From an uncultured Ruminococcus sp. (lineage in GTDB: Bacteria > Bacillota > Clostridia > Oscillospirales > Acutalibacteraceae): a DNA stretch of 64,000 nt. Within the stretch, counting starts at the first letter, position 1. Each line of letters starts with the position of its first letter. The notes beneath the pieces were generated by a model. The model saw nothing but the letters and a program-made list of their open reading frames with translations. It was not told the origin of the DNA and made no database searches. Positions 56,255-63,978 of this stretch are shown here, one piece after another. A program made the translations under genes and the position numbers. The stretch lies in NCBI GenBank assembly GCA_944415425.1, contig CALYBP010000005.1, positions 487 through 64,486 of the forward strand. Direction: 5' to 3'.

Positions 56255-57592
56255 TTATACGACTGTGATTTTTTCGAGCGGCAGCTTTGCTCCGCTCTGA
56301 TTTTTGTTGGAAATCGCCGCGTAAATCAGGGTAAGTCCGCCGACTCTGCCGAGATACATCAAGACGATCAAAATAAGCTGAGAAAGAACACCGAGCTGCG
56401 GTGTGATTCCAAGGGTAAGCCCGACCGTTCCGACAGCGGACGCCGTTTCGTAAAGGCAGGTGCTAAGCGGCAGACCTTCTGCCGTGCTGATAACAATGCC
56501 GCCGACAAAAAACAGCAGGAAATACATTACGGCAACGGCTGCGGCGTTTTTCACTGCCGAACCGTCAATGCGCCTGCCGCAGACTTCGGCATCGTTCTTT
56601 TTGCGACAGACGGAGAATGCACTCAGAATCAGAACAGCAAGCGTGGTCGTTTTCATACCGCCTGCCGTGGAGCCGGGCGAGCCGCCGACGAGCATGAGCA
56701 GGGTCATAATTGCCTTGGAAGAACCGGTCATAGCGGGAAGATCAGCGGTATTGAAACCGGCAGTTCTCGGTGTGACAGACTGAAAAAGCGACGCAAGAAT
56801 CCTTTCGGCGAGCGGCAGCCCCGTAAAATCGCAGAAGAAAAAGAATACTGCGGGAGCGATAATGAGGATTGCCGTTGTTACCAATATGACCTTACTTTGC
56901 ATACGGTATTTTTTGAAATGCCACTTGTTTGTGTAAATATCGTCCCAGGTCAAAAATCCAATACCGCCCACAATAATTAAAAGCATAATTGTAATGTTTA
57001 TCGCTGGATTTCCTATGTATCCCGTAAGTGACGGGTATTTGTTTTCGGCGGTGCCGAGTATGTCAAAACCGGCGTTGCAAAAGGCGGAAACCGAATGAAA
57101 CGCCGCCATCCAAATTCCCTTAATACCGTAGTCTCCGCAAAATGTCGGCAGCATGACGATCATCCCGATAAGCTCGATCAAAAAAGTTCCCCGCACAATA
57201 AAACGAGTCAGGCGGACGATCCCGCCGACCTTCGGAGCAGAGATGGCATCCTGCATGGTACTGCGCTGCATCAGCGATATTTTTCTGCCGGACAGCATAG
57301 CGAAAAGTGCCGCAACTGTCACAACACCTAGCCCGCCTATCTGAATCAGCAGCAGTATTACCGTCTGCCCGAAAGCGGACCAATAACTGCCCGTATCCTG
57401 CACGACCAGCCCCGTAACGCAAACGGCGGAGGTCGATGTGAACAGCGCCTCATGAAACGGCGTAACAACTCCGGAAGTCGATGAAAACGGCAGCATTAAT
57501 ATCAGCGCTCCAAGCACTATGACGCCGGCAAAGCCCAAAACGATCAGCTTAAAGGATGACAGCCGCTTTTTTCTATGTGTAATTTTAGGCAT
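56255..57592 (-). CDS. trkH: TrkH/KtrB potassium uptake membrane subunit
   Basis: SAVCVTGL, SAFCNAGF, RTAGFN, GSPGSTAGGMKTTT, ASAVGTVGL. Confidence 0.92.
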   Translation of the reverse strand: MPKITHRKKRLSSFKLIVLGFAGVIVLGALILMLPFSSTSGVVTPFHEALFTSTSAVCVTGLVVQDTGSYWSAFGQTVILLLIQIGGLGVVTVAALFAMLSGRKISLMQRSTMQDAISAPKVGGIVRLTRFIVRGTFLIELIGMIVMLPTFCGDYGIKGIWMAAFHSVSAFCNAGFDILGTAENKYPSLTGYIGNPAINITIMLLIIVGGIGFLTWDDIYTNKWHFKKYRMQSKVILVTTAILIIAPAVFFFFCDFTGLPLAERILASLFQSVTPRTAGFNTADLPAMTGSSKAIMTLLMLVGGSPGSTAGGMKTTTLAVLILSAFSVCRKKNDAEVCGRRIDGSAVKNAAAVAVMYFLLFFVGGIVISTAEGLPLSTCLYETASAVGTVGLTLGITPQLGVLSQLILIVLMYLGRVGGLTLIYAAISNKNQSGAKLPLEKITVV

Positions 57593-57625
57593 ATATACTT
57601 CTCCTGTTTCTGCTTGATTACAAAG

Positions 57626-57690
57626 AGTATACCGTGAAATATAAAAAAACGGTGTAATGATTCGGCACTCTGTATTAAGATTGCATTAAG
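57626..57690 (-). promoter_or_regulatory. Putative K+ operon promoter with tandem OmpR-type repeat
   Basis: Minus strand CTTAAT-N5-CTTAAT (11-bp period, 57674-57690) upstream of a TATACT -10 (57626-57631). Confidence 0.45.
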
Positions 57691-58000
57691 GCGCTCATTC
57701 TTTAAAAAACAGCGCAGAGCATAGCAAACGGCACAGACAAAGGCGGATCGTTTGTAACCGTTGTGCGGCTTGAAACAAAGCTCAGAGCCACTCTCACAGA
57801 ACAACAAAAGGCTCTGTTCAAACAAATTAAAAAACGGATGTAGAAATTACGACCGGAATGAGCTACAAGCGTTCACAAACGGATTTCGATTTGCATCGCG
57901 GCTAGCGTTTCAGGCTTTTCTCCAGCAGTATCAAAGCAACTCATAAATAGCTATATATAAGTGTAAAAGGACATTCCGTTTGGAGCGTCCTAATTTTTCC

Positions 58001-58029
58001 TTGCCTATGTTTTATATTTGTGTTATACT
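58001..58029 (+). promoter_or_regulatory. SigA-type promoter with no downstream same-strand gene, pointing at the HNH 3' end
   Basis: TTGCCT-N17-TATACT with extended TGn. Confidence 0.5.
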
Positions 58030-58253
58030 ACTATTGCATAATAATTTCTTAAGAAGTACATTCCAAAACTACCACCTTATGCGACAACTTTTTAAGGGGC
58101 GTGCTAACACCTTGCTAACAGGAATACACACAACTCGTTTATGTTAGCACATTTTAGGTGGTAAAAGGCAACCACGTTTCCTGCTGAAAACCGCATTAGG
58201 ATAGGAAAAGTTGAGGTTCGTTTATCTTGAAAATAACGCTTAGGAATGAACTC

Positions 58254-58595
58254 CTAATTCAATTTAACAATTTCATGTTCTCGTGTACCATATATGCGTC
58301 GAACCTGATACAGGCAATCATCAATCCAATATGTAATTTTATCTTCCGCCATATCATTGGTATAGATATTTGTACAAATCAGATTTTGCTTTTCGTTGGT
58401 ACCTCCACAGGCAATGGGCAGTATATGGTGGATATTCCAACCGCAATATACCGTCCTTCCCCAACGAATAACGCAGTAATTTGCATTTCCATATCCGTCT
58501 CTGCACATTAGGTTGCCATGAAAATCCTCTGCAAAACGAACATTGCCATAGTATGCGTCCCACAGGCGCAACGCATTGGATTTACATATTTTCAT
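58254..58595 (-). CDS. Small HNH endonuclease-domain protein (113 aa)
   Basis: WNIHHILPIACGGTNEKQNLICTN HNH motif. ATG 58595 follows GGAGGTG. Confidence 0.82.
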   Translation of the reverse strand: MKICKSNALRLWDAYYGNVRFAEDFHGNLMCRDGYGNANYCVIRWGRTVYCGWNIHHILPIACGGTNEKQNLICTNIYTNDMAEDKITYWIDDCLYQVRRIYGTREHEIVKLN

Positions 58596-58617
58596 TGTAT
58601 CACCTCCAACCCGGATC

Positions 58618-58950
58618 AAAATAAAAGCCCATACACAACCATGTGTGTACAGGCATCAACGATCCGAGTCGAAACTTTACACACATAGCAACAAAGACAT
58701 CAGCCGAAGCCGTTGCCTAATGTTGTATGGTGTAAAGCTTTGATACAGCAACTTGGGCCCACCTCAAAAGAGATAAATATCTCTCGGAGCCTATCTTGTG
58801 GGTTCTCAGCATCGTAACGAGAATTTCAATCGATGTTGATAGTATCTCAGAATTACAATTTTTTCATCGTAGGCGTTTTGAACCCGGTTGTTCTTTGGGA
58901 TTTCTCGTCGATCCGGCATACAAACTGATTCAAATTTAACATATCCTACA
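58618..58950 (-). ncRNA. Candidate structured non-coding RNA (about 330 nt) upstream of the HNH gene
   Basis: Own promoter; three helices whose G-U pairs favour the minus strand, one capped by a cUUCGg tetraloop; ends in a hairpin plus U-tract before the HNH RBS. Confidence 0.65.
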
Positions 58951-58956
58951 ATTCAA

Positions 58957-58985
58957 ATTATATATACCATACGATGAAAAGTCAA
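58957..58985 (-). promoter_or_regulatory. SigA promoter of the ncRNA-HNH unit
   Basis: Minus strand TTGACT-N17-TATAAT. Confidence 0.8.
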
Positions 58986-59049
58986 CTATTCCAATAGAAA
59001 AAGAGAGTTTTGGTAGAAACTATAATTTTAAAAATCGCACATTCGTAAA

Positions 59050-59094
59050 GCAAAACCTCCTTTGGTACAATAACGGTATCAAAGGAGGTTTTGC
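59050..59094 (+). promoter_or_regulatory. Inverted repeat covering the tnpV RBS
   Basis: GCAAAACCTCCTTTG-N15-CAAAGGAGGTTTTGC; TACAAT in the loop, AAAGGAGG in the right arm. Confidence 0.7.
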
Positions 59095-59097
59095 ATT

Positions 59098-59472
59098 ATG
59101 GCTAAAACAATATTTGAACAAACGGGCGGCACATACACCATGCAGGGCGACTATTGTCTGCCCGATCTTACATTACCCGCCGAAGAAGAACGCCTCATCG
59201 GTGTCTGGGCGCAGCGCCGCAGACAGTACCTGAAGCAGCACCACAAAATCCTGTACTACAATCTGCTCACTTCCGGCAAACTCCGTTTCCACCTCGCTGA
59301 TGTGGAGAAAGAAGCGCAATCTCTTTTTCTTCGGCTAGTCAAAGAATACGCCGAGCGTGAGGGCGTAACCGAACAGCTGAAAGCGGAGAATCCAATGGAG
59401 TGGGTGCAGAAAATGAACAATATCCGCAATCGGGCGGCAGAAACCGTTTATGCCGACTTGATTTTTGCGTAG
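59098..59472 (+). CDS. tnpV: TnpV family protein
   Basis: GGTYTMQGDYCLPDL, IGVWAQRRRQYLK, LLTSGKL, QLKAENPMEWVQKMNNIR: typical TnpV sequence. Confidence 0.88.
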   Translation: MAKTIFEQTGGTYTMQGDYCLPDLTLPAEEERLIGVWAQRRRQYLKQHHKILYYNLLTSGKLRFHLADVEKEAQSLFLRLVKEYAEREGVTEQLKAENPMEWVQKMNNIRNRAAETVYADLIFA

Positions 59473-59492
59473 CAACAGAAAAAGCGAGAAAG

Positions 59493-59535
59493 AAATTAGT
59501 CAAGTGTGATTTACCGAATCATACTTGACTAATTT
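59493..59535. terminator. Inverted repeat ending tnpV and overlapping the -35 of the next gene
   Basis: AAATTAGTCAAGTGTGATT-TACCG-AATCATACTTGACTAATTT; TTGACT in the right arm, followed by TATACT. Confidence 0.6.
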
Positions 59536-59591
59536 TAATTTTGTGGTATACTATACTCAGTGAATTTATGGCAGATAGGAGGATACCAGTC

Positions 59592-60986
59592 ATGTTTATC
59601 GGCAGAGAGCGTGAACTTGCGGCGCTAGATAAGCTGTACGAATCGGATAAGTTTGAATTTGTTGTAATCTATGGTCGCCGCCGTGTCGGCAAAACAGCGC
59701 TGATCAGCCAGTTTATTGATGATAAAAACGCCATCTATTTTATGGGCGTTGAGAGCAACGCCAAGCAAAACCTCGAAAATTTCAGCAAGAGCATTCTAAG
59801 CTTCCACACCGGCATGGACGCCGAAACCTCTTTCCTGTCCTTTCAGGCGGCTTTGGAGTATGTGTTCAAGTTGTCCGAAAAGGAACGGATTATTCTTGCC
59901 ATCGACGAATACCCCTATGTTGCCCGCTCGTCGAAAAGTCTCGCTTCCACCATACAACTTTTGATTGACCAATACAAAGATACTTCCAAGCTGATGCTGA
60001 TCCTCTGTGGTTCGTCGATGTCCTATATGGAAGACCACGTCCTTGCCTACAAAGCGCCGCTTTACGGCAGACGGACGGCGCAAATGAAAATTCTTCCCTT
60101 TGACTTTAAAGAGACTTGCCATTATTTCAAAAATTTCACGGATGAAGAGAAAGCCTATGTATATGGAATCGTAGGAGGAACACCGCAGTATCTGCTTCAG
60201 ATGAGTGATAAGCTGAGCATTGAGGACAATATTAAAAACACATTTCTGAACCCCAACTCCGCCCTATTTGAGGAGCCGGAAAACCTACTCAAGCAGGAGG
60301 TGCGGGAACCGGCGCTCTATAATGCGATCATCACGGCGATTGCCACCGGCGCTTCCCGTATGTCGGAGATTTCCGGAAAGGTCGGCGAAAGTACCAACAT
60401 TTGCTCCGCCTATGTGAAAAACCTGATCTCCCTCGGCATTATCGAAAAAGAAACGCCATACGGTGAAAAAGCATCCCGGAAAGCGATTTACACCATTGCG
60501 GACAATATGTTCCGCTTTTGGTATCGTTTTGTACCGGAAAACAATTCGATCATCGCCCGTGGTGCTGCCGATTTGGCATACAAGCGCATCGAGCCGCATC
60601 TGTCCGACTATATGGGCAAGGTGTTTGAGGAAATCTGCAAGCAGTATCTCTGGAAGCAGCTGCTCTCTGGCGAATGCCCGGTTGAGTTTTCCTCTCTCGG
60701 CCGCTGGTGGGGCAACGATCCCAAAGAAAAACGGCAGGCTGAAATCGATATTCTTGCGGAACAAGATAAAAACACTGCCCTTTTCGGGGAGTGTAAATGG
60801 ACGAATGAAAAAGTCGACCTCGGCGTTTTGGATACTCTCATAAAGCGCAGCGAGCTGTTCCCCTATCAAAATGTCCACTACTACCTCTTTGCCAAAACCG
60901 GCTTCACCAAAGGCTGCACCGATCGGGCAAGTGAGATGGGGAATGTGACGCTGGTGAGGTATGAGGATATTGTGAGTGGGATGTAA
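59592..60986 (+). CDS. Archaeal-type ATPase (ATPase_2) with wHTH and DUF234/PD-(D/E)XK-like C-terminus
   Basis: FIGRERE; Walker A YGRRRVGKT; Walker B IDEYPY; GGTPQYL; EIDILAE...FGECKW. Start ATG 59592 follows AGGAGG. Confidence 0.85.
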   Translation: MFIGRERELAALDKLYESDKFEFVVIYGRRRVGKTALISQFIDDKNAIYFMGVESNAKQNLENFSKSILSFHTGMDAETSFLSFQAALEYVFKLSEKERIILAIDEYPYVARSSKSLASTIQLLIDQYKDTSKLMLILCGSSMSYMEDHVLAYKAPLYGRRTAQMKILPFDFKETCHYFKNFTDEEKAYVYGIVGGTPQYLLQMSDKLSIEDNIKNTFLNPNSALFEEPENLLKQEVREPALYNAIITAIATGASRMSEISGKVGESTNICSAYVKNLISLGIIEKETPYGEKASRKAIYTIADNMFRFWYRFVPENNSIIARGAADLAYKRIEPHLSDYMGKVFEEICKQYLWKQLLSGECPVEFSSLGRWWGNDPKEKRQAEIDILAEQDKNTALFGECKWTNEKVDLGVLDTLIKRSELFPYQNVHYYLFAKTGFTKGCTDRASEMGNVTLVRYEDIVSGM

Positions 60987-61003
60987 TTTCACATTTGAAA
61001 GAG

Positions 61004-61045
61004 AAGCCTCCTTTGACGCTATGATGCGGGTCGAAGGAGGCTTTT
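61004..61045. terminator. Bidirectional terminator
   Basis: AAGCCTCCTTTGAC-N12-GTCGAAGGAGGCTT followed by TT. Confidence 0.7.
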
Positions 61046-61086
61046 ATATGAATAGGATGTTTAAAAGGACTTATATTTCCAATCTG

Positions 61087-61689
61087 TTAAACACTAGCAA
61101 TAGGAATGGTCATTAAAATTAAAAGCATAATCAGGCAGATCAACGCATTGCGAATACAAATATAAGATGCAAATACAAGATTGTTTCTGATTATATTCCT
61201 TGATATATTTCTATTAATGCAATCATCATATTTGATTTTTGTATCTTTATTATCTGAGCTCAGATCGATTAAATCAACAACAGACATAGTATTTTCTACA
61301 AATAAAACTTTTATGGCCACGATGCCTGCCGACAATAGATATAATATAGCAAATAGTAAGATAAAAAAAGCTGTCCAATGTAGCCAAACAAAAGAAAATC
61401 TATTAATTATTGTATTAATCATTCCAGAAGAAGCCGTGATCAATGTAATTGCGATAGTAATCCCGATTACATTAGTTTTAGCTTTGTCTTCAAATTTGTT
61501 TTTTGTGTCAAATGCCTCTAAGTATTTCTGCCGAAAACTGTCTATAGAAATCTGATCAAAATTAGCCTTATACGAAGAGTTGCTTTGACAATCTGGATTT
61601 TCTATTTTCTCCTTTAGCGTTCTATTTGCTTTAATATATGAAATTGTAGGTAAAATTTGTTCAAAAACTTTTTTTAACCACTTTTTCAT
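61087..61689 (-). CDS. Three-TM membrane protein co-transcribed with the ATP-grasp gene
   Basis: Hydrophobic segments after FEDKAK, at WTAFFILLFAILYLL and at the C-terminus; start lies 3 nt after the ATP-grasp stop. Confidence 0.7.
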   Translation of the reverse strand: MKKWLKKVFEQILPTISYIKANRTLKEKIENPDCQSNSSYKANFDQISIDSFRQKYLEAFDTKNKFEDKAKTNVIGITIAITLITASSGMINTIINRFSFVWLHWTAFFILLFAILYLLSAGIVAIKVLFVENTMSVVDLIDLSSDNKDTKIKYDDCINRNISRNIIRNNLVFASYICIRNALICLIMLLILMTIPIASV

Positions 61690-61692
61690 CGT

Positions 61693-62634
61693 TTACACCG
61701 CCAATAGTTCTTCAACAATTGCTTTTTCAATTGGTATATTACAACCGGAACTGAGACAGCCCCATTCTCCTGTAGGATTCACTTCAATAAAATAGTATTT
61801 GTTATTAGAAATTATTAGATCAATTCCGCCAAATACCAACTTCAATTTATCCATTAGTTCTAGTATTTTATCTTTGACATTTTGAGGTAAAAATGTTTCT
61901 GTATACTGTAAAGTCTTCTTCGGATTTTTTCTCCAATCCCCAACAATATGTTGGCCATTATTGGTAATACTAACAGGATATATTTTTGAGCCTATAACGG
62001 TAACTCGTAAATCAAGCTTGTTTTCTAGATATTCTTGCAAAATAATTGGAGCGTCATTAATGTTTTCATCAAGAAGATCTTGACCATTGACCATAGTTGA
62101 ATATGTAAATAATTCTTGTGTGTCTGTATAAAACAAAGCAGTATCTAATGGCTTAACAACATAATTATTTGTCAATGAAATATACTCTGGCACCACATTA
62201 CCTATATATGTTTGAGGTACATGTAATCCAATTTCTTTAGCACATTTCAGTTGATAAAGTTTATTTTCAGCTTTATATGTACTGACGGGATGATTTATCC
62301 ATTTTGCTTTTCCAAAAACAATCAAATTACGAATGAAGGAGCTCCATTGGCTTCGATATAATTGTTCATGCAAATCATATTTTTTATGTGAGCGTAAAAA
62401 AACCGGTGCTCGAAAATAAATTCCTTTGAGAGTGCGGTTGCTTACCACATATAAGTCGTCATCCATATATATGGTCATCGTTGCATTCTGTAAATTGTAC
62501 AATATTTTATATTTGCTAAAATGATCTCGGTTTAATCGGATATATCGTACTTTCCTCTCATATAATTCATAGCAGATTAAATCCGTTGAATAATCAATGG
62601 AAGAAGAAATAATTAAATAGTCAACTTCATTCAC
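61693..62634 (-). CDS. MvdC/MvdD-like ATP-grasp peptide macrocyclase (graspetide synthetase)
   Basis: KAENKLYQLKCAKEIGLHVPQT, VVKPL, LQEYLENKLDLRVTVIG, DWR, FGGIDL...FIEVNPTGEWG. GTG start at 62634 overlaps the precursor stop. Confidence 0.85.
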   Translation of the reverse strand: MNEVDYLIISSSIDYSTDLICYELYERKVRYIRLNRDHFSKYKILYNLQNATMTIYMDDDLYVVSNRTLKGIYFRAPVFLRSHKKYDLHEQLYRSQWSSFIRNLIVFGKAKWINHPVSTYKAENKLYQLKCAKEIGLHVPQTYIGNVVPEYISLTNNYVVKPLDTALFYTDTQELFTYSTMVNGQDLLDENINDAPIILQEYLENKLDLRVTVIGSKIYPVSITNNGQHIVGDWRKNPKKTLQYTETFLPQNVKDKILELMDKLKLVFGGIDLIISNNKYYFIEVNPTGEWGCLSSGCNIPIEKAIVEELLAV

Positions 62635-62833
62635 CTTTTTGATCCTCTCCTGTCTCAATATCACATTTTTTAGAAGTTGGTTTTTTGGGATTATCACTTT
62701 TCATCATAGCTTTATTGGAAATGTTTTCAATCCAAAAATCCTCCTTGGATTTATACGTACATCCGTCAGGATTTTTATTATTAATTGACACCTCATATCT
62801 TTTTGCTTTTTCAAGAATAATGTGCTCTTTCAT
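62627..62833 (-). CDS. Putative graspetide precursor peptide (68 aa)
   Basis: C-terminal core PTSKKCDIETGEDQKGE rich in T/S/K donors and D/E acceptors; directly upstream of and overlapping the ATP-grasp gene; AGGAGA RBS. Confidence 0.75.
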   Translation of the reverse strand: MKEHIILEKAKRYEVSINNKNPDGCTYKSKEDFWIENISNKAMMKSDNPKKPTSKKCDIETGEDQKGE

Positions 62834-62901
62834 TTTGACATCTCCTTTATATTAAACTGAAAACCATATAAATTGGAAAAGTTTGTTTGCGAAATACGGA
62901 T

Positions 62902-63978
62902 TTAAAAGCTTTCCGGCACTAATGCCAACTTGTTGATTGATTCGTGAGCTCTGACAAGTGAGTCATATACAGCCAAAACATCTTCAGAATCCCAAGTGCG
63001 CAAAGAGTTTTCGTCGATAACCCCGGCGCTTTCCCGGATAATTTTTGCAAGCTGTTCTTCGTCGGCAACAGCAACCACAGCCTGAACAGCCGCATTGCTC
63101 TGTGCCTTTTTAAGGTTAAGGATCAGACTGTCGATAGAACCTTTGGACTGCACCTCAAATACATAAATGGCTTTACCCATATTTCCGATTTTGGCTTCCC
63201 ATACTGCATCCACAACAGCTCCGGCTGTAATTTTTACTTCAGAACGGCTGTCAAATCCCAGAAGTTCGCCAATTGCGACCAGTTTTTCTTTGATTTCATC
63301 GTGCAGAGATTTTGAGTCGCTGACAGTCGTAGGCTCCTTGGGCTCAGAGACAGGAGTTTCTGCGGATTTCTTTTCGGCAAGTGGTAAAATCTCGTCCCAC
63401 AGAAAGTAATCGACCGCCAAGAGATCATAATTCTCCGCACCGGATTTCTTTAGTTCTTGGGCAATTCCTTTTGCAATGGTGCAGACTTCTATATATTTCT
63501 TTCCAGTGTACTGATAATTGTATTTTGGCATATCAGGAATGTCCAAGTATCCAAAACAAAGAATCGTTGTCTTATTAAAGATTACATATTCTTGAGGATT
63601 AGCGTATGTAAGAAGTTCACTGATTGTCGCAGGCCCCATACCTTTTACGGACTTGAGAAATAAATCCCACCGTTTCTCAATGGGGCTTGTCCCATACAAC
63701 AATTCTGCTAATTGCTTTTTTAGTGCCAAAAATCCATTGTCAGCAATCAACTTATCCACAACATATTTCTTATTGCCCCAAATCAGCATAGACCAAAGTT
63801 TGCTGACATACTCCAAGAACTCGTCTTCCGTCATAGATAACAACTTATCTTTTGTAAATGATTGATAATAAAGCTTTCGCTCTCTTCGTTCCGCCCAATG
63901 ATCCTCATAATAAGCAGCGTTTGATTTTTGATTTTTCAAAAAAGCAGAAATAGCTACATCTAACTTCTGTACATTCAT
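62902..63978 (-). CDS. Restriction-endonuclease-like protein (HhH-like N-terminal domain plus PD-(D/E)XK-like C-terminal domain)
   Basis: VKGMGPATISELL...VIFN N-terminal region; VDAVW...YVFEVQSKG C-terminal motif; GGAGG RBS. Confidence 0.55.
   Translation of the reverse strand: MNVQKLDVAISAFLKNQKSNAAYYEDHWAERRERKLYYQSFTKDKLLSMTEDEFLEYVSKLWSMLIWGNKKYVVDKLIADNGFLALKKQLAELLYGTSPIEKRWDLFLKSVKGMGPATISELLTYANPQEYVIFNKTTILCFGYLDIPDMPKYNYQYTGKKYIEVCTIAKGIAQELKKSGAENYDLLAVDYFLWDEILPLAEKKSAETPVSEPKEPTTVSDSKSLHDEIKEKLVAIGELLGFDSRSEVKITAGAVVDAVWEAKIGNMGKAIYVFEVQSKGSIDSLILNLKKAQSNAAVQAVVAVADEEQLAKIIRESAGVIDENSLRTWDSEDVLAVYDSLVRAHESINKLALVPESF

Noticed and set aside
57761-57946. 61-aa ORF between trkH and the HNH region
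   Set aside because: No RBS or recognisable motif; possibly a gene relic but unsupported.
58101-58150. CIRCE (HrcA) operator
   Set aside because: Half-sites are in the reverse order (GTGCTAA...TTAGCAC) and about 32 bp apart instead of 9, and no chaperone gene is nearby.
58227-58511. 94-aa plus-strand ORF
   Set aside because: Antisense shadow of the HNH gene.
58853-58942. 29-codon uORF (MLNLNQFVCRIDEK...) at the 5' end of the candidate ncRNA
   Set aside because: Starts within about 10 nt of the predicted TSS with poorly spaced RBS. Not called as a CDS, but a leader-peptide role cannot be excluded without ribosome profiling.
58254-58950. IscB/HEARO (OMEGA) element
   Set aside because: The protein is only 113 aa, with no PLMP or RuvC motifs and no IS200/605 ends seen.
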